From: Candidatus Micrarchaeota archaeon | GTDB taxonomy: Archaea > Micrarchaeota > Micrarchaeia > Micrarchaeales > Micrarchaeaceae | Direction: 5' to 3' | DNA: 64,000 nucleotides | Assembly (NCBI GenBank): GCA_027345565.1 | Contig: DAHWIF010000011.1 | Span: forward strand, 32,001 to 96,000 | In this document: piece after piece, positions 28,500 through 37,639 of the stretch | Layout of the letters: every line of letters begins with the position of its first letter | How positions within the stretch are numbered: the stretch's first letter is position 1 | The notes under the pieces: model-generated | Databases searched by the model: none | What the model saw: only the letters and a program-made list of their open reading frames with translations | Told to the model about the DNA's origin: nothing | Translations under genes and position numbers: made by a program

Positions 28500-29477
28500 C
28501 TACACATTTAGGATCCCATCAACAGAGAGAGGCGTGAACCTGAACTCGTTGAATCTCGCTTTTGCGTCCTCTATGGCGATTTTTGTGATTTCCGATGCGC
28601 GCTCTCGTAAATTCCAAGGTATAATGTATGTATTGGTGGGCTGCTCCTTATCCGTTCTTAACCTCTCTTGAAACACGGCCCCATCTGGCATTTTCTCCAT
28701 AGCAATCGTTTGCGCAAGAACGCTGCAGTCTCCCAATGCCTTTGCCCGAATCCTCCTGCTAACTCCTGCTTCTTTCAAGACCACCGCTGCCGTTGCTCTC
28801 AATTTTAGTGACCTCTTCACGGCTTCGATAGGATCCTGCACCTCTACGACTACCTCTCTCGAGGCTAGATCGTAGTTGTCTCCTGCGATCTCAAGGAGCT
28901 CCCTGCGTGCTCCGGTATGCTTCCTTATTTCACCGTATTCGCTTATTACAACAATGTCGTTTTTGTGGTCCAATATCCCCTGTAGGGTCACCTGCACGAA
29001 GTTCCCTCCAGGTTTTAGAAATTCTGCAGCGACCTGTCGTTCTATCACGTCTAAGATTTTCGCTGCCCTTTCTAATGTATGCGCAGCCATCTCTGCACTT
29101 ACGGCCGCTTCAAGATGCATTGCGTTTCCCTCTGCAGACTCGCATCTGTATTTCAATAATAGAGCCAGCTGGCCTACTGCGCTACCTACCTTATAAAGGT
29201 CTACAACTCCTGGGAAATCCTCAGTTGCCGACACGAGTGAATCTACAGCTTTTAAAGTAGAAAAAACATTTTCCTCGAGTAATTGGTGGTCTGTCGCATT
29301 GTTGATTTCGGTTACCAGTGCAGATGCTCCGTGACCGAACAGGAGCTTTGAAAGCTCTGCTGTATCCGTGGTAACCGCAGTGCTATTGGCGTCTATCAGC
29401 GCTGCGTTAATTCTATCGGTTAGGGCCCTTATCGACTGTGTGTCAAACTCCTGATACCTTTGGTTCGCTAGTCTCAT
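28500..29477 (-). CDS. Hypothetical helical protein (orphan-like)
   Basis: 325-aa open frame, Ala/Glu/Leu-rich; no motif recognised. Confidence 0.65.
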   Translation of the reverse strand: MRLANQRYQEFDTQSIRALTDRINAALIDANSTAVTTDTAELSKLLFGHGASALVTEINNATDHQLLEENVFSTLKAVDSLVSATEDFPGVVDLYKVGSAVGQLALLLKYRCESAEGNAMHLEAAVSAEMAAHTLERAAKILDVIERQVAAEFLKPGGNFVQVTLQGILDHKNDIVVISEYGEIRKHTGARRELLEIAGDNYDLASREVVVEVQDPIEAVKRSLKLRATAAVVLKEAGVSRRIRAKALGDCSVLAQTIAMEKMPDGAVFQERLRTDKEQPTNTYIIPWNLRERASEITKIAIEDAKARFNEFRFTPLSVDGILNV

Positions 29478-29601
29478 TTAACCACTTTGCACGTGAGAGC
29501 CTTCGCTGGGCGAGATATTTATATGTTTCTTTTGGTTTTGCGCGGGGGTTTTATTCCGATTGTACATCAAGCTCTTTATATTAAATTGCTATAGATATAC
29601 G

Positions 29602-30552
29602 ATGGCAGCAGACGATGCGCTTGCATTCGCGTACAAATATCCATTTTCGGAAGAAGCTAAGGTCTTGATACGCTCCAGGGAAGCCGACCTACGAGGGTCG
29701 ATGGATAAGTACCTTGCACTTGCTGAGAGAAGGCTCGAGGAAGCGTTCTCCAACGGCAAACTCGAGTACAAGGACATAGCGTACGGGAAGCTTGACCATG
29801 TGATAAGCTACGTCTACGAGCGGATGCTGGTAAGTGCATTAGGCAACAGAGCTGCCGTCCTGAAGTTTGCAGCCGCAGAGGCGGCTAGATCTAGAGATGC
29901 ACTGGACGTCAGCGGCAGCCGCGACCTGCTACGCCTATCAGAAGAGCTTGGCATTGCAATATCGCCCAGTAGCCTGAACGAGTATAAGGTAAGCTTCCTC
30001 GCCGTGCTGAGATACATGTCGTCCGTACCGGGCTTTTCGCTCTCGAACTTCAGGCTTCATGGAGGCGATGTAATAATGAGCAGGCGCGATGCTGCCGATC
30101 TCCTTGAGAGTGTGATCTTCAGGCGGATACTGCTAGGGCTTCCCATAAAACATAGCGACCTTCCGCAACAGGTGATAACCAGGTCTAAGACGATAGTGCA
30201 GCCAATTGTAACAATAAAGCCAGTAGCTGGTGGAAACCGAGCATGGATAGACCGCCTCCTCGAGACACCCATACCCGATGTGCGCCATAGGGTAGTCAAC
30301 CTTGTGCTTGCGCCATATCTGATTAACGTCAGGGGGATGACGGAAGACGACGCATTTAAGGTGATATCGTCTTATATAGAGCGGTGCAAGGCGCTTGACC
30401 CAAACACAAGGATAAACGACTCATACATAAGGTACCAATGCTCTTATGCGAGGAAGAAGGGGCTGCGCCCACTTTCACTGGTGCGCGCCAAGGAGCTGCT
30501 TGGTGATTATGTTGACTTCGACATGCCGAAAGAGAAGGTGGTAATGAAGTGA
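29602..30552 (+). CDS. priL: Primase regulatory subunit: PriL N-terminal domain fused to a PriX-like domain
   Basis: N-terminal AYKYPFSEEAK..ERRLEEA (PriL); C-terminal WIDRLLETPIPDVRHRVVNLVLAPYLINVRG..YARKKGLRPL (PriX-like). Confidence 0.78.
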   Translation: MAADDALAFAYKYPFSEEAKVLIRSREADLRGSMDKYLALAERRLEEAFSNGKLEYKDIAYGKLDHVISYVYERMLVSALGNRAAVLKFAAAEAARSRDALDVSGSRDLLRLSEELGIAISPSSLNEYKVSFLAVLRYMSSVPGFSLSNFRLHGGDVIMSRRDAADLLESVIFRRILLGLPIKHSDLPQQVITRSKTIVQPIVTIKPVAGGNRAWIDRLLETPIPDVRHRVVNLVLAPYLINVRGMTEDDAFKVISSYIERCKALDPNTRINDSYIRYQCSYARKKGLRPLSLVRAKELLGDYVDFDMPKEKVVMK

Positions 30553-30698
30553 AGGTTACGCTGTTGTGTGATATATGCGGGATGCTTGCAGAGAGCACAT
30601 GCTCCCTATGCGGCAAAAAAGTATGCCGCAGACACTATAACAGGAGGGCAGGCATATGCAGCGCATGCATGCACGGGAGAAGATTCGCAAAAGGGTAA
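30549..30698 (+). CDS. Small zinc-finger protein (not in the ORF track)
   Basis: GTG start overlaps the priL stop; MKVTLLCDICGMLAESTCSLCGKKVCRRHYNRRAGICSACMHGRRFAKG. Confidence 0.75.
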   Translation: MKVTLLCDICGMLAESTCSLCGKKVCRRHYNRRAGICSACMHGRRFAKG

Positions 30699-30732
30699 TA
30701 ACCTTTTGCACCGTAATATTACCAGTGAGGAT

Positions 30733-30948
30733 ATGCCTGAAATGAGCAACTGCGCGTATAACGTGCACAAACAACTAGTCAAGAGGCTGCAGTTCCTGTA
30801 CCATGCTGACCGGTATATAAAAGAATCAACAGCAGATGGCCACTCAAAATGCGAAGCCATGTGGCATCAGATAGTGGAGAACGAGAAGAAGAACGTGCGC
30901 CTGCTGCAAGAGGCGACAAAGAGGGATAGGGCGAACGAAGGCCTTTAG
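30733..30948 (+). CDS. Small two-helix ferritin-like protein
   Basis: YNVHKQL..LQFLYHADRYIKES..GHSKCEAMWHQIVENEKKNVRLL; preceded by a GTGAGG SD-like sequence. Confidence 0.6.
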   Translation: MPEMSNCAYNVHKQLVKRLQFLYHADRYIKESTADGHSKCEAMWHQIVENEKKNVRLLQEATKRDRANEGL

Positions 30949-30983
30949 CTAAGATATATAAATCTTGGATTGTATATCATATC

Positions 30984-31097
30984 GTCAAACGGTAATAGGA
31001 TCGGGGAAACGCCCAAACCCATTCCGAACTTGGAAGCTAAGTCCGATCACGACACATGTGTACTGCCTACGGCGGGAAAGTGTGTTGCTGTTTGGCA
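30984..31097 (+). rRNA. rrf: 5S rRNA
   Basis: CCCATTCCGAAC-TTGGAAGCTAAG signature; terminal helix GTCAAACGG/CTGTTTGGC. Confidence 0.92.
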
Positions 31098-31113
31098 CTT
31101 TCTTTTTGGTGTG

Positions 31114-31425
31114 ATGTTGGAAGGTAGGAGGGCTCTGATTAACAGCATAGCTAAAGAGCGTATCGAGATACTGTTCGACTTGGCGGAGAAAGCGCTGCCG
31201 AAAGACAAGAATCTCGCTGGGTCTTATTTGTCAATACTCAACAAGATAAGGACGCATTACAAGGTAAAGGTGCTGCCAAGAATCAAGAACAGGATATGCG
31301 GCGGCTGTTTGTCGTTGCTCATTCCGGGCCTAAATTGCAGAACGATGATCGTGAGCTCTGGCGGCTACATTATCTACAGATGCTCGGCTTGCGGCATAGA
31401 TAACCGAATCCGCTACAGGACCTAA
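31114..31425 (+). CDS. rnp4: RNase P protein component 4 (Rpp21)
   Basis: IAKERIEILF, KNRICGGC..LIPG, RCSACG. Confidence 0.9.
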   Translation: MLEGRRALINSIAKERIEILFDLAEKALPKDKNLAGSYLSILNKIRTHYKVKVLPRIKNRICGGCLSLLIPGLNCRTMIVSSGGYIIYRCSACGIDNRIRYRT

Positions 31426-31500
31426 TGGGCCCGGTGAGATTTGAACTCACGACCTACGGCTTATAAGACCGTCGCTCTAACCAGGCTGAGCTACGAGCCC
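31426..31500 (-). tRNA. tRNA-Ile(TAT)
   Basis: GGGCTCG..GCTCAGCCTGGTTAGAGC, anticodon arm ACGGT-CTTATAA-GCCGT, T arm GTGAG-TTCAAAT-CTCAC. Confidence 0.93.
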
Positions 31501-31536
31501 CGATTTGATTTAAACATTGGAATATTAAAAGTTGTG

Positions 31537-34500
31537 TCAGCCAGGCATCGTGTAGTTGTTGCTGACGTATGAGGGCTTCGGCGTCTTCGGTGGCAACGCC
31601 CCCGTGAAGTTGTCCAGTTCGTATATCCTTACACCGTATGTGCCATTGACGAAGTTTATTCCTGTTGCGTTCGCAGGGTATACTTGGGTGAATCCTGGCA
31701 GATCGCCGAGTATGAAGCCTTTGTAGTAGTTGGAGCCGTAGAATGACGATGGTGCATCGGTTATCGTGTCGTTCGGCCCATTTGGCAGGTATATCATCAG
31801 GTATTCCACGAACGGTATGCCGCTTACCGTTATGACACCTTCATAGGAAGCGGATTGTATCACCGCATTAAGCTTGCCGCCCGATTGGTTGAATATGCTG
31901 AGCACCCCTTTTGCATTGGGGACAGAGTCGACGCATACGGTTTCATTCGAGAGAGACATCCCTTGAACTATGTATGAAGCTATCAGTGGCGTTGTGCTAT
32001 TTGATATCTTGCAGTAGTAGGATATGCTCTGCACCGAGGAATTCGTCGGTATCAGCGCGGGCAACGGCACCAATACGAATTGCGGGTCATGCGCTATCTC
32101 GCATGGTGAAGTACCTAGCACGTATGGGACTGGTGGGCTTTGCGCCTTGCCCTGCGCTATCGCGTAGGCTTTCGATGTCGCATTGATGTCTACGCATGCA
32201 AGGAAATCGAGAGCCTGCCATTTCGGTATCAGGTCCTGGTCCATCAGCACGTACTTTGTCTGGTTTCCATTCATGAATGACGCCAATGACTGCGGTCCAT
32301 ACCCGTCTGAAGACCCAAGCACATAGTGTGCCGCAGTGGCATAGTCCTCTGTGGGGGCAGAGTTGTCTCCTCTCAGCACAGCCGGCGAGTTTCCGAACCA
32401 GTTTATCCAGTCTCCGTAGTCCCACCATGCGAGCACTCTGTAACCGAAAGGCCCGACGTTATCCTTTATCCACGCCATAGCGTTGAGCCAGTACGCCGGC
32501 ACAAGGTTGCAGAACATGTCGTCAGCGATGGAGTTCACGTGGTTAGCTATTATCGAACATGCGTTAACGGGGTTTGTAGCGTAGGTGTACGCTCCGGTGA
32601 ACGCCTGTATTATCGTACTGCTTTCCCCGAGCATTACTTGATGGTTTATGGCTACCGCAGCGATCTCTATTATTATGAATAGGAATAGGAGCCCGTAGAG
32701 ATAGCTCCTGCTTCCGCTTGGCTTTATCAGGAATATGATGGCCAAAAGCATGATTATCGCGAGGACTGTGGAGATGAAGAAAAGGCCGATTGCAAGCACA
32801 GCGTAGACTACGTTCGCATGCTTCTGGATCGCATTTTTCAGCTCGTTCATAGACCCTGCGGCTACAGCTAATTTCGCATATTTCTTTATGCTGAAATCAT
32901 TGTCAGCAAGAAGTAGTATCTCGCCGATTATTATGCAGAAGAGCATTATGAAAGCTACGCCGAAGTGCGGCAGGTATTTCACCTCCGAGAAGCCGGCGAC
33001 CATCAGCGGCAGCGCTATGGCGGCGTATAGTATACCGGTCTTGCTGTTCCTGAAAGCTATGCTTACGATTATCAGCAGGAGCGCCACGGCGGATATAACC
33101 CACACCAGGATCGGTATTCCTCCTATGCTAGAGCCTATCAGGCCAAACCCTGCTGTGCCGAAGTTGTAGAGCAACCCAGTCGGTATATACTCTTCTACTG
33201 TCATGAATAGGGGTATAGAGGGGGTTGTGTAGTGCGCACTAAGGTTGATGTAACCCTTGAACGGCTTGCCAAGCGGTGTGAAGAACACGGCTATTATCGC
33301 GATAGTGAAAATAAAGCCTATCCATACAATTCTTGTGAGGGTATGGGGATCGTACCTTCCATGCCTCCTTGCATAGGCGTAGATTAGGTATATCCACGCG
33401 AGGACATTGCCGAGCACCACTGCGGCTATGATGCCGAGCCCTCCAAGCCTTTCCTTGAAGGAGAGCTTGCTCTTTACCAGCCATCTGCTGCAATAATCCA
33501 GCACTGCTACAGTAACAATTGCTATTATCGGGAATGCGATGGTGGTCGGCACGCCTGCAATCTTCGGTATCGCAGATGTTATCGATGTGCTATATGCGTT
33601 ATATGCAACAAGGAATATCCCTATCACGACTATGATGATTATGTTCATCTTGTAGAAGTACTTCGATATATCTCCCCGTATCACGCTTATGGTGCCCTGC
33701 AGCAGTATGTATGCAGCGAAGACGCCTGCATCCACTGTATAGTAGTGCGCGCCGAGGAATGTGGATGCAAACGCCACACCTGCGAGTATCGCTAACCTCG
33801 AGTTCTTCATGTCCCTTATGGCCAAAACATACATTGCGAAGAAGAAGAACAGCGAGAATATGCCCCATGGTTCAAGCAGCTGCTCGCCAGCCACGAAGGT
33901 CGTGAATATGACGGGCATCGATGCGGTCAGCGACGCCCCTATCAGCCCAACATACTTTCCGTATTCCCTGTAAAGCAGCACAAACACAGTGAACACGAGC
34001 AGCGCCGCAACCATTGGTGGGTACACCGACCCGACATAGCTCATGAGATTTGTACTGAAAGTGGTGCTGTTCTTTGGCCCGAAGTAGTTTGCCAGGCTAT
34101 ACCAATAGGCTTCGAGATACGGGACTAGCGGCTGTATCCTCATCACCGAGCCGCTCGCCTCTATCGGCCACGCGGCGTGAGATGTGTAAAACTGCTGGCC
34201 GTAAACAAGTATGGATTGCGCAGCCATCATGTCATAATACGGATCGAACTCGTAGAACTGCGGCGACGGCCCTATGCCGAATATCCTTGTGGCGAACGTA
34301 AGCAACATTATGGCGAGCAGCAGGATCCACGGCCATGCGGTCTTGATGTTAAATGAAGATTTTGCTGGGCCCTCCGGCTTGCTAAGCCTGTTCAGGAGCA
34401 TCTCCTCCTCGCGCTCGTGCTGCTCAATTAGCTTTTGCTCCTCTTGCGCATGCAGCTCGGCTAGTTTTGCCCTATCTCTCTCATCGAGCTTGCCGGCGAG

Positions 34501-34989
34501 TCCCTGCTCCTCTTTGTGCTTCCTGGCAAGCGCACCCTCCTCTGCTTTATGCGCCTCTATTATGCTCCTGGCGCTGTCGAAATACGAAAGCCTTGTGCGT
34601 ATCTCGTCTAGGGACCTTTTCGATGCCTTCTGCATCTCGTTTATCTTCGCCTCCTCCTTGCTTATCGCCTGGCTTCTCGTCATGCCCGACAGGCTGAATC
34701 CACTGAATACCCCTTGTTGGAAACACAGTATCACGCCAGCTACCGTAAGGACAAGCGCATTGATCTCGAAAAGCCCGAGAGAGAATATGAAGGCTGTTGA
34801 ATATGGTATCAGGAAAGATTCGACCCATGTGAGCGCTGCGGGGGCTATGAGCCCGAATATGAAGCCTATGACCACGATCTCGAAAAGATGCAGGTCTGTC
34901 CGCTTGTAGAGCAAGGCCAGGGCAAGCAGCAGCCCTGGCACGAACATGGATATGAACGCGACCAGGCTAGTTGCTATTATTCCCCCCAT
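31537..34989 (-). CDS. aglB: Oligosaccharyltransferase (STT3 family) with N-terminal extension
   Basis: EFDPYY, TVEEY, WWDYG; many TM segments and a large extracellular C-terminal domain. Confidence 0.92.
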   Translation of the reverse strand: MGGIIATSLVAFISMFVPGLLLALALLYKRTDLHLFEIVVIGFIFGLIAPAALTWVESFLIPYSTAFIFSLGLFEINALVLTVAGVILCFQQGVFSGFSLSGMTRSQAISKEEAKINEMQKASKRSLDEIRTRLSYFDSARSIIEAHKAEEGALARKHKEEQGLAGKLDERDRAKLAELHAQEEQKLIEQHEREEEMLLNRLSKPEGPAKSSFNIKTAWPWILLLAIMLLTFATRIFGIGPSPQFYEFDPYYDMMAAQSILVYGQQFYTSHAAWPIEASGSVMRIQPLVPYLEAYWYSLANYFGPKNSTTFSTNLMSYVGSVYPPMVAALLVFTVFVLLYREYGKYVGLIGASLTASMPVIFTTFVAGEQLLEPWGIFSLFFFFAMYVLAIRDMKNSRLAILAGVAFASTFLGAHYYTVDAGVFAAYILLQGTISVIRGDISKYFYKMNIIIIVVIGIFLVAYNAYSTSITSAIPKIAGVPTTIAFPIIAIVTVAVLDYCSRWLVKSKLSFKERLGGLGIIAAVVLGNVLAWIYLIYAYARRHGRYDPHTLTRIVWIGFIFTIAIIAVFFTPLGKPFKGYINLSAHYTTPSIPLFMTVEEYIPTGLLYNFGTAGFGLIGSSIGGIPILVWVISAVALLLIIVSIAFRNSKTGILYAAIALPLMVAGFSEVKYLPHFGVAFIMLFCIIIGEILLLADNDFSIKKYAKLAVAAGSMNELKNAIQKHANVVYAVLAIGLFFISTVLAIIMLLAIIFLIKPSGSRSYLYGLLFLFIIIEIAAVAINHQVMLGESSTIIQAFTGAYTYATNPVNACSIIANHVNSIADDMFCNLVPAYWLNAMAWIKDNVGPFGYRVLAWWDYGDWINWFGNSPAVLRGDNSAPTEDYATAAHYVLGSSDGYGPQSLASFMNGNQTKYVLMDQDLIPKWQALDFLACVDINATSKAYAIAQGKAQSPPVPYVLGTSPCEIAHDPQFVLVPLPALIPTNSSVQSISYYCKISNSTTPLIASYIVQGMSLSNETVCVDSVPNAKGVLSIFNQSGGKLNAVIQSASYEGVITVSGIPFVEYLMIYLPNGPNDTITDAPSSFYGSNYYKGFILGDLPGFTQVYPANATGINFVNGTYGVRIYELDNFTGALPPKTPKPSYVSNNYTMPG

Positions 34990-35015
34990 CGAACCAATCT
35001 TCGCTCATATCCCAT

Positions 35016-35645
35016 TTAACTGTTTAGTATTGACTTAGGCACCTCTATGGGTTTCATCGTAACCCCAGGAAAGACGGTGCCTGGCGGGACTATCCGCACC
35101 TTCACGCCTATCGCGCCGTATTTTGGATATGCGGTGGCGTGCGCCTCCCTGACCATGTTTGTCACGTCTCCCGCCTTTGGCATGTAGCCTACGCTCTTCC
35201 TTATCGTTTTTGCCCTGGCGCCCTTAGCGGCGAGCTTCCCGCTTGCTATTATCTCTGCGCCTATCGCTCCGTTGTCCAGTATGGACTTGAGCATCGATTG
35301 GATGACCCGCCTTGCGTTTATGCCGCGCTCGAATTTCTCCGCTATCTCCCTCGCTACGAGCATCGGCTCCAACATCTTGTTCTCGACCTCCATGACATTT
35401 ATCTGGGGGTTGTCGACCCTGAACATGTTCTTTATGTTCTCGGTAAGCGTGTCTATCGTCTTGCCTGCCCTGCCTATCACCCTGCCTGGGCTCAACACAT
35501 ACACAGTTATCCTCGTCAGCACGGGTGTCTTCTGTATTTCTACCCTGGAAAAGCCCGCCCTGATCAGTTCCCTGCTCAGGTACTTTGATATGTTGTTCTT
35601 GATTATAGCATCGTCTATGAATCTTCTTTCTATCGCCATGATCAC
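35016..35645 (-). CDS. rps3: Ribosomal protein uS3
   Basis: PGRVIGRAG KH domain, GAEIIASGKL, GAIGVKVRI. Confidence 0.96.
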   Translation of the reverse strand: MIMAIERRFIDDAIIKNNISKYLSRELIRAGFSRVEIQKTPVLTRITVYVLSPGRVIGRAGKTIDTLTENIKNMFRVDNPQINVMEVENKMLEPMLVAREIAEKFERGINARRVIQSMLKSILDNGAIGAEIIASGKLAAKGARAKTIRKSVGYMPKAGDVTNMVREAHATAYPKYGAIGVKVRIVPPGTVFPGVTMKPIEVPKSILNS

Positions 35646-36274
35646 GCCTTCGTCTGTTGTGCCTCCTGTTTTGCCTCTGCCTTCTGCCTTTTCTGCTTTA
35701 CCTGCTTAGTGTCCTTAACCTTTTGTACTGGCATCTCTTTGAACCTTTTCTTTTCTTTCGATATCGCGGCTGCCATCCTGCCGCTAAGCCCTTCCTCTTC
35801 GCCATATCCGAGCGCCAGCTCGACTCTCGCGAACTCCACGTCAGCCCTTCTTGCCGACCTCCTTCCCATGTTGTGACCTAGCCACAGCACTCCTTTTGGC
35901 GCCGTCCTTTGCAGTATCATGGTTTTGTTCGCTGCCGCATGCACGACATACATCGACTGCGGGTCGTCGCCCTTGTTTTCGGCATTAGCCATCGCATTTA
36001 CGAGGACCTTCCTAACAATGGCCGCGCATTTCTTCGGATACCTCCCCTTCCTGCCGCCGAGCTCGTGCCTGGATCCCATGTGGGCGTTGTGCCGCCTGTA
36101 TAGCACAGGCATCCCTGCGGCTACCGAATCAAGCGTGGATAGTGCGCCTTTTGTGCTCTTGTACCTTATGGCGTCACACACTATACACAGGTCCTTGAAG
36201 CTCGCGTTTATGTCCTTCATGCTCGCGAAGACAAGACCGTCGCGCTTCCTGTTGAACGAGTACTCAGCCATCAT
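35642..36274 (-). CDS. rpl22: Ribosomal protein uL22
   Basis: GRYPKK..NAMANAENKG; operon position. Confidence 0.95.
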   Translation of the reverse strand: MMAEYSFNRKRDGLVFASMKDINASFKDLCIVCDAIRYKSTKGALSTLDSVAAGMPVLYRRHNAHMGSRHELGGRKGRYPKKCAAIVRKVLVNAMANAENKGDDPQSMYVVHAAANKTMILQRTAPKGVLWLGHNMGRRSARRADVEFARVELALGYGEEEGLSGRMAAAISKEKKRFKEMPVQKVKDTKQVKQKRQKAEAKQEAQQTKA

Positions 36275-36663
36275 TTCTCACCTATGAACTTGCTGCCTCT
36301 TGTCGCCTTTATTCCAGGGGCGGAGTGCACAACGCTCTTCGTTGTATACGCAAATTCGCCAAGCCTATGGCCCAGCATGTTCGCCGTTATCTGAACCTTC
36401 TGGAACTCCTTTCCATTGTGCACCTCGAACATCAACCCTATCCATGATGGCAGTATCACAGCCTCGCGTACGTGCGTCCTAATCGGTTTGTTTTTGCCCT
36501 TTGTCTTGTAAAGCTGCACCTTTTCCATAAGCTTCTTGTACTCCATGCCTGCGCGCTTCATGCTCCTTCTCTGCCTGGCCTTTACCATCTGCATGTACTG
36601 CTGGTCTCCCAGAGCACCAAGTTCCGATGGTAGCTTGCCCCTAAACGCTGGTCGTTCTGCCAT
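36271..36663 (-). CDS. rps19: Ribosomal protein uS19
   Basis: IRTHVR, VHNGKEF, MLGHRLGEF. Confidence 0.96.
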   Translation of the reverse strand: MAERPAFRGKLPSELGALGDQQYMQMVKARQRRSMKRAGMEYKKLMEKVQLYKTKGKNKPIRTHVREAVILPSWIGLMFEVHNGKEFQKVQITANMLGHRLGEFAYTTKSVVHSAPGIKATRGSKFIGEK

Positions 36664-36664
36664 A

Positions 36665-37378
36665 TCATCCCTTCTTTCTCCTTCCGGTCCTGCTTGCCGC
36701 TATGTGGCCGACCTTCCTTCCTGGAGGCGCATTCCTTGACGTCATGCTGCTCTTTCCTTTGTGATGTTGCTTTCCTCCGAACGGATGATCAACCGGGTTG
36801 CTCTTCACTCCACGTATTTTAGGCCACATCGTGTTTGTGGCGTGCATTATGTAGTGGCTCTTGCCTGCCTTGACAAGAGGCTGTTCGGTCATGCCGCCTC
36901 CTGCAACAGCGCCTAGCTGCGCCCTGCAATCGTCATTAAGGACGATGCTGGCTCTTGACGGAAGCGTTACATTGGTGGTGCCGCCGAGATGCGCGGTCAC
37001 GTATGCGGTGCTGCCGGCGCTCCTCACTAGTTTGCCCCCGTCACCCGGGGTGGACTCTATGTTGTATACCGGCATGCCTTCTGGTATTTCTCCTAGCCTG
37101 TGCACGCTGCCCAACGTGAAAATCCCCTTGCCTATGTGTATCTTGTCATGCACCTTTATCCCTTCTGGTGCTATCAAGCTTGCGCTCGTGAAGTCATCGT
37201 ATTCAACCTCCATGAGCGGCGCGGTGTGCCCAGTATGGTTGAACAGCCTTGTAACCTCGCCCTCCATGCTCGCTTTTGTGTTGTAAGGGTAATTTACACG
37301 GATGTCGAATGTGCCTGGTCTCTTTGTGTAGGCTTTTGACCCTTTCCCCCTTCTCTGCTGCCTCAATCTCTTTCCCAT
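36665..37378 (-). CDS. rpl2: Ribosomal protein uL2
   Basis: MGKRLRQQRRGKGS, RGVKSNPVDHPFGG. Confidence 0.97.
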   Translation of the reverse strand: MGKRLRQQRRGKGSKAYTKRPGTFDIRVNYPYNTKASMEGEVTRLFNHTGHTAPLMEVEYDDFTSASLIAPEGIKVHDKIHIGKGIFTLGSVHRLGEIPEGMPVYNIESTPGDGGKLVRSAGSTAYVTAHLGGTTNVTLPSRASIVLNDDCRAQLGAVAGGGMTEQPLVKAGKSHYIMHATNTMWPKIRGVKSNPVDHPFGGKQHHKGKSSMTSRNAPPGRKVGHIAASRTGRRKKG

Positions 37379-37380
37379 TT

Positions 37381-37635
37381 CTACACCAGTTTCAACCTCT
37401 TTGCTATGTCCTCTGCCTTGTATCCCTGTGCGACTGTCACAAATGCCTTCTTGCGGTTTGATGCGGTAGTCATGGTCCGTATGCCGCTGACCTTCACGCT
37501 GAATGTGGCTTCAAACTCCTTCTTTATCTGCTGTTTTGTTGCTCTGTAATCTACGACGTAAGCTATCACGTTGCTGCGCCCTATCTGGTTTATCGCCTTT
37601 TCTGTCGATAGCGGGTACCTGAGTATTCCAGTCAT
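37381..37635 (-). CDS. rpl23: Ribosomal protein uL23
   Basis: YPLSTEKA, KKAFV. Confidence 0.95.
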   Translation of the reverse strand: MTGILRYPLSTEKAINQIGRSNVIAYVVDYRATKQQIKKEFEATFSVKVSGIRTMTTASNRKKAFVTVAQGYKAEDIAKRLKLV

Positions 37636-37639
37636 ACCA

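Noticed and set aside
28384-29560. Integrated element at tRNA-Pro
   Set aside because: No integrase and no duplicated tRNA 3' end seen
30568-30732. 5' part of the 126-aa ORF
   Set aside because: A different frame encodes a clear Zn finger (30549-30698), and the downstream protein has its own SD and ATG at 30733
30970-31113. N-terminal extension of the Rpp21 ORF in the track
   Set aside because: It overlaps the 5S rRNA; ATG 31114 with a GGTGTG SD-like sequence gives a normal-length Rpp21
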